Positions 28,321 through 38,639 of a DNA stretch of 64,000 bases are shown one piece after another (position 1 is the first letter of the stretch; each line of letters begins with the position of its first letter). The position numbers and the translations under genes were made by a program. Source of the DNA: Nanobdellota archaeon. GTDB taxonomy: Archaea; Nanobdellota; Nanobdellia; CSSed11-243R1. The notes beneath the pieces are model-generated. The model was not told the origin of the DNA and made no database searches. It saw nothing but the letters and a program-made list of their open reading frames with translations. The stretch lies in the NCBI GenBank assembly GCA_021162365.1, contig JAGGYW010000020.1:9154-73153 (forward strand), in the 5' to 3' direction.

Positions 28321-29763
28321 ATGTCAGAGTTAAGAAAAATAGTTAAAAGCTCAATTTATGTTTTTGCAGCGTTTGTAATTGCTGCTGTATTTGGATACCT
28401 TTCTAAAGTTTTGTTGGCAAGGATGCTTGGTCCATCCGAGTTTGGTATGTTCACTCTCTCACTTACTGTTACATATATTTTCTCTGCTTTTGCAATAGCA
28501 GGTGTCGGTACATCTATCACATACTATCTATCCAAAGAAAAAGACAAAAGTAGGAGAAATGCATTTTTCTCTGCGTTATTTTTAATTTCGGTTTTATCTC
28601 TCTTACTGCTTTCAGTTGTGCTTATTTTATTTCCTTCAAAAATCGCATCTATATTTGGAAACACTAATCTGGTAAATATCTCATATTTCCTTGCGGGGTT
28701 CACTTTTCTTTATGGGATTACACGCGTTATGTATTCTATACTTCGTGGGGAGGAAAAATCGAAAGTGTTTGCAATATTCTATGCAGCAATTCCCACATTA
28801 TATTTTACTCTAATCTACTTACTAAAAGTGTCTACGGCACGTCAAGCGCTTCTGTTTTACGTCGTTACATATCTTTCAATTGATTTGTTTTTGTTTCCAT
28901 ATATCTCCAAAAAAGTTAAGTTTGTAAAACCAGATTTTAATCTTGTTAAGAAGGTGTTTTCTTTTTCTGTTGTGTTGTTTTTGGTTGAGGTCCTTTTTAG
29001 CTTAAGAAGATGGACAGATGTTTGGATGCTTAGCTTGCTTTCAAGTGTAGCAAATATTGGGTTTTATAATGTTGCCGCGCTTTCTGCTTTTGCATTTAAC
29101 ATGGCGTTGATGTCTATGAACTTTTTATATCTCCCAGTATCAAATAAGTTATTCCATCAAAACAAGTTATCCCGTCTCCGCGAAGTGTACAACAAAATTT
29201 GTTTTATACTGACGATGGTAGTTTCCCCATTTGCCATTGCTCTTACTATATTTGCCCCACAGTTTATCTCGCTTGTGTTTGGAAGGACCTATCTTCCTTC
29301 TGTAGCTCCTTTTTCAATTTTAATGGTATCCACTTTAGTGAATGTTATGTTCGGCCCTAATTGGACAAATTTAGTAATAAGGCAAGAGAAAAGACTTTTA
29401 GTTTTATTTGCATTGTTTGCACTTATATTGAATGCTATCCTTAACTATTTGTTTATACCAACTTGGGGTATTGCTGGCGCCGCAATAGCAACAGCAGTTT
29501 CAATTATTGCGTGGAATGTAATAACTACAATTGCTATTTGGAAAAAGCAGAAGATGACGCCTTTCTCTAAGAGCATGTTTAAATCTTTGTCTCTTGCATT
29601 GGTAGTCTCAATTCCATTCTTGGTTGCAAGATACTTTGTTTCTCTTTCGGTTCTTTGGGCAATAATCTTTGGAATAGGATATTTATCCCTTTATACATTG
29701 CTTGTAGATAGATTTGTAATAAAATTAAGGAAGGTAGTTAGTTTTGTATTTAGACTTTCATAA
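28321..29763 (+). CDS. Wzx-like oligosaccharide flippase (MOP/polysaccharide biosynthesis family, about 12 TM)
   Basis: 480-aa polytopic membrane protein with the repeated 6+6 TM topology typical of PST/Wzx flippases, inside the glycosylation cluster. Confidence 0.6.
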   Translation: MSELRKIVKSSIYVFAAFVIAAVFGYLSKVLLARMLGPSEFGMFTLSLTVTYIFSAFAIAGVGTSITYYLSKEKDKSRRNAFFSALFLISVLSLLLLSVVLILFPSKIASIFGNTNLVNISYFLAGFTFLYGITRVMYSILRGEEKSKVFAIFYAAIPTLYFTLIYLLKVSTARQALLFYVVTYLSIDLFLFPYISKKVKFVKPDFNLVKKVFSFSVVLFLVEVLFSLRRWTDVWMLSLLSSVANIGFYNVAALSAFAFNMALMSMNFLYLPVSNKLFHQNKLSRLREVYNKICFILTMVVSPFAIALTIFAPQFISLVFGRTYLPSVAPFSILMVSTLVNVMFGPNWTNLVIRQEKRLLVLFALFALILNAILNYLFIPTWGIAGAAIATAVSIIAWNVITTIAIWKKQKMTPFSKSMFKSLSLALVVSIPFLVARYFVSLSVLWAIIFGIGYLSLYTLLVDRFVIKLRKVVSFVFRLS

Positions 29764-29797
29764 GGTTTTTGAATAATTGATATGACGTTGGAGAATA

Positions 29798-31105
29798 CTA
29801 TGTGAGGATATTCCTTACTATCTCAGCTGGTTTTTTAGATAATTTCTTAACTTTTGGAATGTTCTTTCTTAACTTTTCTTTTATCTTTGTTTTGTTGTGT
29901 AATAATTGTTCAAACTTATCTTTTAAGATATTAAGAGACACCTTGTCTATGGGGATCACATATTCTTCTAGATTTAGCATTCTCATTATTCCTCTTGTTT
30001 TTGGTAGATATTCTATCGCGATTGTCGGTACGTACATAGATAACGCGAATATGTTAGAGTGCATTCGTGTCCCTACGAAATAGTCCATACCACCTATGAG
30101 TGCCTTTATTTCAAGTGGGGAAAGATCTTCTTTTATGATAATAAATTTACTTTTGTGCTTAACTCTAGTTTTTATTAGACTTGCTATTTCTCTGTCGTCA
30201 CTATACTTTTCGATGTTTACACTTTTGACGGAAGGAGTTAATATGACTTGTGGGATAAACACAGTGTGCATTTTATATTTTACCCACAAGAAGTCGATGA
30301 ATCTTGCTATTGTATTGATATAATTTTCAATTCTTTCTTTTTTATCCTTTGAGTGTGGGAATTTCCAGTATCTTACAGTTAGCCCAACCCTTTTTTTAGG
30401 TAAGTCGTATCTTTTTGATATAGAAGCTATGTCACTGCTGGATGGATTTGGTAAGCTAAATGCTGCGTCAGCGACTAATATTGCTTCTTTTTTTACTTTC
30501 ATTTTTTTTAAATATTCTAATGATACCTTCTCCCTTACAGTAATTAGTGTGACTCTGTTTAACACGTATCTTGCGAACATAATTAAAATTTTTGAGTAGA
30601 AAGGGCCTATAGACTGTGCATATATCACCACTGGTTTTTTCAGCAATATCCCAAAAAATATATTTAATAAATGAATTACACTCCCAAAACCACCGAGCAA
30701 GAATCCACCACCACAGCTTATGATTATATCTGCTGAAATATACTTGTCAATAGCTAGTTTCTCTTCTTTTGTTAATAACTTGTATATTCTAATGTTAAAT
30801 ACCCTCATTAACAATATAAAAAGTAGTATCCTTACTGCTATTACTGAGAGCATCATTGCCCACACAATCTTAGATTTTGAGTTTGTAAATGGTGTGTTAT
30901 ATCTTGGTGAGCCAATAAGATTTCTAACAACTGTTATGTTGTATTTTTGATATAGTTTTATATCTTCTTGTGGTGTAAATGTAGCAACACTAATCGATGG
31001 ATTATCTAGAGTTTTGTTTAAGTCATTAATCATTCCTAGTATTATCCCCGCGTCTCCTTTGTTTAGTCGGGTGCATAAGTCAATTATATGTATTTTCGTT
31101 TCCAT
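29798..31105 (-). CDS. Polysaccharide pyruvyl transferase family protein (CsaB/WcaK-like)
   Basis: N-terminal N-x-GD motif (LNKGDAGIILG) and the size class of pyruvyl transferases. Start chosen at METKIHII. Confidence 0.45.
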   Translation of the reverse strand: METKIHIIDLCTRLNKGDAGIILGMINDLNKTLDNPSISVATFTPQEDIKLYQKYNITVVRNLIGSPRYNTPFTNSKSKIVWAMMLSVIAVRILLFILLMRVFNIRIYKLLTKEEKLAIDKYISADIIISCGGGFLLGGFGSVIHLLNIFFGILLKKPVVIYAQSIGPFYSKILIMFARYVLNRVTLITVREKVSLEYLKKMKVKKEAILVADAAFSLPNPSSSDIASISKRYDLPKKRVGLTVRYWKFPHSKDKKERIENYINTIARFIDFLWVKYKMHTVFIPQVILTPSVKSVNIEKYSDDREIASLIKTRVKHKSKFIIIKEDLSPLEIKALIGGMDYFVGTRMHSNIFALSMYVPTIAIEYLPKTRGIMRMLNLEEYVIPIDKVSLNILKDKFEQLLHNKTKIKEKLRKNIPKVKKLSKKPAEIVRNILT

Positions 31106-32183
31106 TTTTGGATAGCCCCATATATACATTGAGTATTTTTTTTATTATGGTATCCCACGCAAATATTTTTTTTACGGTGTTTGTAGCGTTTCTTGACAAT
31201 TTAATTCTAAGTTTTTTGTCGTTGTGGAGTTTAGTGATTGCTCTTGTAAGACTCCTTACCGAATTTGGTTTGATTAAAATTCCATTCTTGCCGTCTTTGA
31301 TCATCTCTGGGATACCACCCACATTGGTTGCGATTACTGGTTTTCCATAGCTCATTGTTTCGAGAATAGCAATTGGAAATGCTTCATGTAGTGATGGGAA
31401 AACAACCATTTCAGCGGATAGTATCTCCTTTTTGAGCTTGCTGTATGGGAGGTACCCAAGTAACTTCACATTTTTTATTTTTTTATGTTTAATATATTCC
31501 TTTATTCTATTGTATAAAGGACCTTTCCCCACGATGTAAAATGTAAACCCTGTTAGAACTCGCGCGGCATCTAATAGGGTGAAGATCCCCTTTTCCTTAC
31601 TTAATCTTCCGAAAAAAAGAATTTTTCTTTGTGCGTATTTATGGTTGCTCACTTTTGTCGTATTAACTCCATTGTAAATAACTTTAATTTTACTTTTAGA
31701 CACACCACTTCTTAAGAGGATTTCTTTGGAGTAATTAGAGACAGCGATTATATTATCGGATTTATTTAGGTAGTGCACCAATATTTTTCTAAGTATTATG
31801 TTAGTTATTGATTTATGCCCGCCAGTTAGATGAAAAGTTACACTCACAGTTTTCCCACAAAATTTTAGCAAAGGGATGAGAAAAACAAAAGGAAACTCCC
31901 CAAGTTGTATTGAGAATAACTTGGGTAGTTTATCTCTGTTTAATAGGACATACAAGTATGCATACAATACGAAGGAAATGCTTCTTATGTATCTCCCAAA
32001 ATTTATAAATGGGATCTTATGGATTTTAATTTTTTTTAGATAATATGAGGGGTACTTATATGTAATTACTTCGACGTGGACTCCTTTTCTTTTAAGTAAT
32101 CTTATCATATCTTCTGCATATTTTGTGACACCCCCGCCTTTGTACCATTTGCTCTTTAATGGAGTTATAATGCATATTTCCAT
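31080..32183 (-). CDS. GT4-family glycosyltransferase
   Basis: C-terminal E-x7-E motif region (EAFPIAILETMSYGKPVIAT). Confidence 0.8.
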   Translation of the reverse strand: MEICIITPLKSKWYKGGGVTKYAEDMIRLLKRKGVHVEVITYKYPSYYLKKIKIHKIPFINFGRYIRSISFVLYAYLYVLLNRDKLPKLFSIQLGEFPFVFLIPLLKFCGKTVSVTFHLTGGHKSITNIILRKILVHYLNKSDNIIAVSNYSKEILLRSGVSKSKIKVIYNGVNTTKVSNHKYAQRKILFFGRLSKEKGIFTLLDAARVLTGFTFYIVGKGPLYNRIKEYIKHKKIKNVKLLGYLPYSKLKKEILSAEMVVFPSLHEAFPIAILETMSYGKPVIATNVGGIPEMIKDGKNGILIKPNSVRSLTRAITKLHNDKKLRIKLSRNATNTVKKIFAWDTIIKKILNVYMGLSKNGNENTYN

Positions 32184-33238
32184 TATTTCACCAACGTAAT
32201 TATTTCCTTAACAATCTTATCCCAGCTATATTCTTTTTTCACTTTCTTAAATCCATTTTCCGCGATTTTTTGGCGTAGTTTTTTATTTTTTGCAAGTTTG
32301 TTTATCCACATTTCTAATTTTGATATGTCTCCCTTCGTTAGTATCACTAGTTCTTTTCCGCTTTTGAATCTTTTTTTAATGTCTCCGATATCATATGCGA
32401 TACATGCAGTCCTTGCTGCCATCGCTTCTAATAATACTATTGGCATACCCTCATAATAAGAAGGCATCACAAAAATGTCAGCGTGCTTTAGGTAGGGAGT
32501 AACATCATTAACAAACCCAATAAAGTGACAGTTTGGTATTCTATCACACATCTTTTTTACTTTATCCTTTTCTGGGCCTTTTCCAATGATATAAACACCA
32601 ATCTCTTTTGACAATTGCTTGGATACTCTTATAATATCATAAACACCTTTTGATGGGATAAGTCTACCTACAAAAAGGACATTAACTTCATACTTGAACA
32701 CTTTCGGCTTCTTAACTCTTTTTCTGAATTTATTAATATCAACCCCATTTGGGATAACTGGCACTTTTTTTCCTCTAACTTTGGATACTTCCTTTGCGCT
32801 TTCATAATCAACCGCGAATACTTTGGTAGCGTGTTTAAAAGTGTAATGCTCCATTAACTTTAATATAAACTTTACAGGTTTTGGCCAGTCGCTCCTTAAA
32901 TATCCTATACCGTGTGCAACATAAACTATTGGAATCTTTTTGAAAAAGAAAGTTGTTCCAAAACCATGGACTGCATCATTTACATAAATCACGTCTGGCT
33001 TTATTTTTCTAAGTTCTAGAAGCGAGAAAGGTAGCATGGAAAGTTTATTTGTGTATCTACCAGGTATATAATATACTCTATGTATTTTAACCCCATTGAG
33101 TCTTACTTTGTTGTCTTTATTAACAATTAAGTGGACTTCGTTTCCAAGCTTTGCCAATCTAGGAGCTACATTTTTTATGTGTGTTTCAATTCCACCCGGT
33201 TCATTTAGGTTTTTTAGTCCAACGATTGCAACTCTCAT
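32183..33238 (-). CDS. GT4-family glycosyltransferase
   Basis: EGMPIVLLEAMAARTACIAYD motif. Start set at MRVAIVG, which abuts the upstream gene stop. Confidence 0.8.
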   Translation of the reverse strand: MRVAIVGLKNLNEPGGIETHIKNVAPRLAKLGNEVHLIVNKDNKVRLNGVKIHRVYYIPGRYTNKLSMLPFSLLELRKIKPDVIYVNDAVHGFGTTFFFKKIPIVYVAHGIGYLRSDWPKPVKFILKLMEHYTFKHATKVFAVDYESAKEVSKVRGKKVPVIPNGVDINKFRKRVKKPKVFKYEVNVLFVGRLIPSKGVYDIIRVSKQLSKEIGVYIIGKGPEKDKVKKMCDRIPNCHFIGFVNDVTPYLKHADIFVMPSYYEGMPIVLLEAMAARTACIAYDIGDIKKRFKSGKELVILTKGDISKLEMWINKLAKNKKLRQKIAENGFKKVKKEYSWDKIVKEIITLVK

Positions 33239-33615
33239 TTCCACACCACCATAACCACACCAGCTACGATGGTAAATATCCCTATCCATCTAATTAATGT
33301 GATTCTCTCGCCTAAGACGAAGACAGACAATATCGCCGCTACTATATAACTTACTGCGATTATAGGGTATAACATACTTAGCTCTCCTTTTGAAAGGGCT
33401 GCAAGATAAATAATCGTTGAAATGGCATATATAACCACCCCGGCTAAGATATATCTGTTTGTTGCGATTATCTTTAAGAATTGCTTTGTCATTTCTATAA
33501 CAGATATCTCTCCAACATCTGTCATTCCTTTTTTGAAGAGCACTTGGGCACTTCCACCCAAAATTGCCGCACTTACTACAAGCAACAATATAATTACCTC
33601 CATTTTACCACCCAT
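33235..33615 (-). CDS. Small 4-TM DMT/EamA-type membrane protein (ArnE/ArnF-like candidate lipid-linked sugar flippase subunit)
   Basis: 126 aa, four predicted TM helices, conserved G/E in the middle helices; context in the glycosylation operon. Confidence 0.4.
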   Translation of the reverse strand: MGGKMEVIILLLVVSAAILGGSAQVLFKKGMTDVGEISVIEMTKQFLKIIATNRYILAGVVIYAISTIIYLAALSKGELSMLYPIIAVSYIVAAILSVFVLGERITLIRWIGIFTIVAGVVMVVWK

Positions 33616-33619
33616 TTTC

Positions 33620-34063
33620 TCACCAAATTATGTTTAGCACACCAATTGTGCTAAGGGTTACAATTACTCCTGCAATTGTTACCCCAATAGATATCACAAT
33701 GAAGGATTTCCACCATTCGATATCAAATAACCAAGCAATTATTGTTCCAGTCCATGCGCCAGTTAGAGGTAGGGGGATTGCAACAAAAGGGATCAATCCC
33801 CATATGCCATACTTCTCCATTTGTTTATGTCCTTTTTTTCTAATCCTTTCGATTTGCTTATGCATAAAATTATTTTTTCTTAAATGTTCGTAAAAAAATT
33901 CGAGCCCGAAGTATATGGGAAAAAACACTAACGAATTAAATATCACTGCAACAATAAAAACAATAAGTGGATTCATTCCAAGCGCGATTCCTGTGGGAAT
34001 TGCCCCACGTAGTTCGCTTATTGGTATAACTGAAAGTAAAATTACAACTAATTCATTAATCAT
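33620..34063 (-). CDS. Small polytopic membrane protein, COG2426-like
   Basis: SELRGAIPTGIALG motif and a 4-TM layout. The family name 'small multidrug export protein' is from memory. Start chosen at MINELVV, abutting the aglH-like stop. Confidence 0.35.
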   Translation of the reverse strand: MINELVVILLSVIPISELRGAIPTGIALGMNPLIVFIVAVIFNSLVFFPIYFGLEFFYEHLRKNNFMHKQIERIRKKGHKQMEKYGIWGLIPFVAIPLPLTGAWTGTIIAWLFDIEWWKSFIVISIGVTIAGVIVTLSTIGVLNIIW

Positions 34064-35106
34064 ATCATCACCAAAAACACAACAGAGCACCATATAACGA
34101 ATGAGAGTATAATTATTAAACTAACTTGCCATTCCTTAAACCTACCTAGCTTCATTACAACATGTGTGAGGGAATACACTTTTCTGTATGGTGCTTTCAG
34201 AGTCTCATCTTTTTGTAGTACACCAAAGTTTTCTGCTTTAAACTTACTCCTTGCTTTTAGGATTAACTCGATAAACCATGGGGCAAAGAGAAGCAATGCG
34301 AATTTTTCTACATTTCCGATTATTGCTACAATTGCCGTAGCACCGCCAATTAAATAATCGAGACCGCCAGGGAAAATTTTTGCAGGATACCAATTATATC
34401 TTATAAAAGCAATTAGCGTTGCTACGAGTACAAATGAGATTATTGTAGCACCATATGCTCCGTGAACGTATGAATACATCCCTAGAAATGACAATAATAC
34501 AATACCTAACCCCGGCGTTAATCCATTAAATCCAGCAAGCATGTTTGTCGCATTTGCAGCTCCAAGAACTGCAATTGGAATTATAACAAGTGGATATAAA
34601 ATTCCAACTTCAATGGCGCCAAAGAAAGGAAGGTGTAATATGTGCTCTCCAGCACCTGTTGCCATTAATGGTAATGCTGCAAGCGCCATAAGCAGTGGTT
34701 GTTGGTATTGTGCTAATCCAATTCTTTTATGTTTTTCAAATCCATTCTTCCCTTCTCTTTTTTTAATAAGTGTAGTTAATTCATCGAGCGAGGCAATGAA
34801 TGTTAGGATAATTAGTGATGTAATTGCACTTAAAAAGTATAGTAATTCTTTTTCCGTCATTGAATGAATTATGTATTGCTGGGCAAATATGTATGCAAAC
34901 ACCCCAATTATAAACCCAAATATGATTGGTGGTGCACCCATTTCCGGGATTTTAGGATTTCCTCTTTTCATCAGATCTCTGCCTACAATACCCTCAAGTT
35001 TTAGGATTCTAATAAATTGTGGTGTTATTGCATACGTTGTTAAGAATGCAAGAAAGGAAGGGATTAAAATGGAAAGATACATCTTACCACCCCTCTTCAT
35101 TTTCAA
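34060..35106 (-). CDS. Polyprenyl-phosphate N-acetylhexosamine-1-phosphate transferase (MraY/WecA/AglH family, GT4 Pfam PF00953)
   Basis: Polytopic membrane protein with the conserved NATNMLAGFNGL motif (N-x-x-N-x-x-D-G-hh-D-G-L equivalent). Confidence 0.75.
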   Translation of the reverse strand: MKMKRGGKMYLSILIPSFLAFLTTYAITPQFIRILKLEGIVGRDLMKRGNPKIPEMGAPPIIFGFIIGVFAYIFAQQYIIHSMTEKELLYFLSAITSLIILTFIASLDELTTLIKKREGKNGFEKHKRIGLAQYQQPLLMALAALPLMATGAGEHILHLPFFGAIEVGILYPLVIIPIAVLGAANATNMLAGFNGLTPGLGIVLLSFLGMYSYVHGAYGATIISFVLVATLIAFIRYNWYPAKIFPGGLDYLIGGATAIVAIIGNVEKFALLLFAPWFIELILKARSKFKAENFGVLQKDETLKAPYRKVYSLTHVVMKLGRFKEWQVSLIIILSFVIWCSVVFLVMI

Positions 35107-37669
35107 GAGCAGTCCAGTTGTACTTGTATATTCTTATGATTGGACCAGCACCTCTTGCCGTATTTACATCAAGTTTGTACCCATTGTCGTATACCTTTTC
35201 GAATCCACTTATATTTCTGTCAAGAAGGAAAAGTTGTGTGAATAGGATATCCTTTGATTTGTATGGAATATTTATAATTCCCCCATCCACAGGAAGAGCA
35301 CATGTTGGTACTCCCGTTACATTTAACTCAAAACATCCTTTGTGTTCAACACATATACATTCAACTGGAAGTACTTCCATACTCCTAGTTACTTCATCAT
35401 ATATCTGTGCAAGTAAAGGCCCTGTCGTATTTTGGGTTGCAGGCTGTATGTAACTCATTAAATGTGTTTTCTCCCCATTGTACATCATGCTCCCGACTCT
35501 AAAATCTTTCATGATTGGAGGGTATCCTGTTAAAGGATGATAAATAATTAAAAGAGGATACTCTTTGTATTCTTTTAGGTTATTTGGAACGACGCTTTGG
35601 TCTCTTACCAGCCCATACACGCTAAATGTCATTTCTCTACCATGTGTGCCTTCGCTTAAGCTACCAAGCCTCGCTATTTGTACAAATTTTAATATGTCTT
35701 CAGATGGGATTACAAAATAAACATCCTTCCCAGTAAGGTGATATTTGTCTGTAAACCAAAGAATTTCAGAATAGTTAAATGCATTAAATACATGACCTCC
35801 AATGTCGTAGTTTCTCACAACATGAAAATTACCTGGATCGCCAACGGTTGGTCTATTTGCCATAGTTTGGATTAAATAACCATAATCCCACCAGTGAGTA
35901 AATATTGAATCTTGTGGTGTATTCTCTTTTATCCAATCTGTTGCTTCATACCACTTGCTAAGGCTTGCTCCAGGATTCATATGTGCTACTGCTGTGGATA
36001 CGGCAAAAAATGACGGGACTATTACGAGAATGCTTAACACAATTGCAGCAACAATTACCCAATTTTCTTTATGTGATCCCCCCCACTTTATTAACCATTT
36101 GATGAAGTATCCTGCAAGAATTGCAGCTGGTGTAGCCATAATGAAGAATAATCTAACTGCTCCGTTGGTTGCAATTATTGATATTAAATACCACGAGATT
36201 AATAATAATCCCATAGAATCAATTTTCTTTAGCTCTTCTTTTTTGTTTGCAATTAAAACTGCTAAGAGAACAGCGCCGAATATACCTGCGTACACAATTT
36301 GCGGGGAAAATATCGTATTTACCCACGCGTATTTGAAATCATTAGTGAAATGTTCAAATGTAAGCGCTAGTGTAAATATTGCAAATGCCCAAGTTAGATA
36401 ATTCCCATATTTTATCTCTTTGAATTTATCCCTAAATAAGAGAATCGCTCCTGTAAAGAACATTAAAAATACTAGCCCGAATGACACATAGGTGTTGCCC
36501 ATCCCAATAGATATGCCAAACACATTCCACCAGCTTGTTCCACCACCAATAAATGTTGGAGGTTGATTTTCGCTAACAGTCTGCCCAAATACATTTAACG
36601 TTAATGGGGTTGACAACCTACCCACCATATAATTTATTCTATCAGAAACAAATGAAGGACCTAATAGAATTGTTGCACCAACTAAAAGGATTGCAACTCC
36701 AATTAAAATTGCAGTTATCCCCGTAGGGATTATCTTGATTTTTTCTTTTAGCTTCCTCATAAAACTTAGCTTGTCAAATGAAACAAATACTCCACCAATT
36801 ACTATTGCAGCAATTGGTATTTGGAATTGTATTGATTTGTAAAATTTAAGGAACCCACCATACTTTAGGGTTAGTAGTGACGTGAATATGTATGTAAATA
36901 GCAGCCATACTAAGAATGTTTTTAATTTTCTTTCATCAAGTTTTTCAAACAATACTTCAAATATTAGGAACAAAGAGATGTATAAAACTATAAATATAAA
37001 CAACCCTGATGAAAATGCTGCAAGCCCTGTGAATATGCCTGCTGCGATGCTTAGTAAGTAGTGTTTGCGTTGTTCTTTTTCCTTATACGCTTTTATGAAT
37101 AAATACATAGAAATCATAAATAGTGGAAGGAATAATGGTTCTTTTTCTAGGAATCCCCCAACCGTTCTTAAGAGAATTGCTGGGGAAAACGCCAATATAC
37201 CTGTTGAAATTAAAGCAATCTTCTCATCATTTAGTAATTCTTTGGACAGGAAGAAAAATGCTATGAGCGCTATTACAAACAGTGATGGCGCATAATACGC
37301 CGCTATGTCGAACATATTTACGTTTGGATTTAATTTATGCACAAAGTTATAAATATAACCTGCTAAATATGCTGTAAATGCATTTTCTCTTTTTGTATCA
37401 AATCCTTCGGGGTAGTACCTTAGTGTATCATTTGCTGGTAGACTTCCTTTTTCAGCGACAATAGTAGAATATCTCAAGAACACGTATGGGTCGTCTGGGC
37501 TTATCAAATATTTATGTTGTAATTGAGGGACGTCTCTTGTTCTAGAATAAAATCCACCTAATAGTAGGAGTATAAGTAAAATGTATGTAATTATCTTTTG
37601 ATTTCTTTTGAAGAAATCAAAAATCTTGTCAAAGTCAATTTCTATTTCTTTTTTTTCATTTTCATCCAT
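35084..37669 (-). CDS. aglB: Archaeal oligosaccharyltransferase AglB (STT3 homolog)
   Basis: 861 aa, N-terminal 13-TM domain, and the diagnostic WWDYG motif (FTHWWDYGYLIQ). Confidence 0.9.
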   Translation of the reverse strand: MDENEKKEIEIDFDKIFDFFKRNQKIITYILLILLLLGGFYSRTRDVPQLQHKYLISPDDPYVFLRYSTIVAEKGSLPANDTLRYYPEGFDTKRENAFTAYLAGYIYNFVHKLNPNVNMFDIAAYYAPSLFVIALIAFFFLSKELLNDEKIALISTGILAFSPAILLRTVGGFLEKEPLFLPLFMISMYLFIKAYKEKEQRKHYLLSIAAGIFTGLAAFSSGLFIFIVLYISLFLIFEVLFEKLDERKLKTFLVWLLFTYIFTSLLTLKYGGFLKFYKSIQFQIPIAAIVIGGVFVSFDKLSFMRKLKEKIKIIPTGITAILIGVAILLVGATILLGPSFVSDRINYMVGRLSTPLTLNVFGQTVSENQPPTFIGGGTSWWNVFGISIGMGNTYVSFGLVFLMFFTGAILLFRDKFKEIKYGNYLTWAFAIFTLALTFEHFTNDFKYAWVNTIFSPQIVYAGIFGAVLLAVLIANKKEELKKIDSMGLLLISWYLISIIATNGAVRLFFIMATPAAILAGYFIKWLIKWGGSHKENWVIVAAIVLSILVIVPSFFAVSTAVAHMNPGASLSKWYEATDWIKENTPQDSIFTHWWDYGYLIQTMANRPTVGDPGNFHVVRNYDIGGHVFNAFNYSEILWFTDKYHLTGKDVYFVIPSEDILKFVQIARLGSLSEGTHGREMTFSVYGLVRDQSVVPNNLKEYKEYPLLIIYHPLTGYPPIMKDFRVGSMMYNGEKTHLMSYIQPATQNTTGPLLAQIYDEVTRSMEVLPVECICVEHKGCFELNVTGVPTCALPVDGGIINIPYKSKDILFTQLFLLDRNISGFEKVYDNGYKLDVNTARGAGPIIRIYKYNWTALENEEGW

Positions 37670-37679
37670 AACATCACCT

Positions 37680-38639
37680 TCAGCTAAATAACAGTGGCGT
37701 CACACTCACTTCAAGTAATGCACCAATTATTAACAGCAACACAGCTAATGCAATTAAGTCAAAAGAATCAAGCACAATTTCATAAAACTTTGGGTCCTTA
37801 TAATCTGACTTAACAACAGCGGCAGAAATTATTCCTCCCGCGATTGCTCCAAGGAAATAGGCACCTATCTCCGGGAGGCCATGTATCATGTATCTTGCTA
37901 CACCGAGAGAACTGGCTTTGAAGTATGCGGAGACTCCACCACCTAATGTACCTATTTGTCTCTTGATGAAGTTGCCCATAGCTACTGCAAGTATGCTTGA
38001 GTTCCATGCGAGGATAAATATTGCTCCTGCACCGTATAAAAATGAGAATAACAAGGAGAATAAAAGCACCTTGAAATTATTTAGCAGTATAATCTTTAAA
38101 CTTTCTTCTGCTGTGAAGGCACCTTGGATTGCACTTCCTGAGAAATTTGAAGGACCCAATATTGAAGTGATAGTTTTAATTTGCTTAGAGAAAAGTAAAT
38201 TTACTGTTTCGCTGGGGAGGAAAATATATGTGAATATAAACAATACTAAAAATCCAAAGAACATATAAGTGAACACTAAAAATACATCCATGTGTGATCT
38301 TATCAGTGGCATTTTTTTCGCAATTTTTAGGGTCTCCATTTCCTCTTCTTCTTCCACTGTTAGCACATTTATCAGAAGTGGAAGTGCGGCGAGCGTTGTA
38401 AGGAAAATTATAGAAATGCTTGGATCATCGGGAAATATAAAATATGCAAGAACGACAGCTACTGCAGCATAAAATATTCCTAGCATGAATGCGCTTGTTG
38501 GTTTTTCTCTGACATGTGTTGGGCTTAAAATGTTTTCTAAAACCATAAACAAAATTAAAAAAAGAAAAGTTATATAGCTTACTGAATTAATTTTTTGTAT
38601 GGGTGTTAATTTAAAGGACCTCATACTTGCGAAAGACAT
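37680..38639 (-). CDS. DUF95/SpoIIM-family polytopic membrane protein
   Basis: Conserved HGLPEIGAYFLGAIAGG motif of DUF95. The start is uncertain: 38639 would overlap the divergent fen start, and an internal Met near 38549 is plausible. Confidence 0.5.
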   Translation of the reverse strand: MSFASMRSFKLTPIQKINSVSYITFLFLILFMVLENILSPTHVREKPTSAFMLGIFYAAVAVVLAYFIFPDDPSISIIFLTTLAALPLLINVLTVEEEEEMETLKIAKKMPLIRSHMDVFLVFTYMFFGFLVLFIFTYIFLPSETVNLLFSKQIKTITSILGPSNFSGSAIQGAFTAEESLKIILLNNFKVLLFSLLFSFLYGAGAIFILAWNSSILAVAMGNFIKRQIGTLGGGVSAYFKASSLGVARYMIHGLPEIGAYFLGAIAGGIISAAVVKSDYKDPKFYEIVLDSFDLIALAVLLLIIGALLEVSVTPLLFS

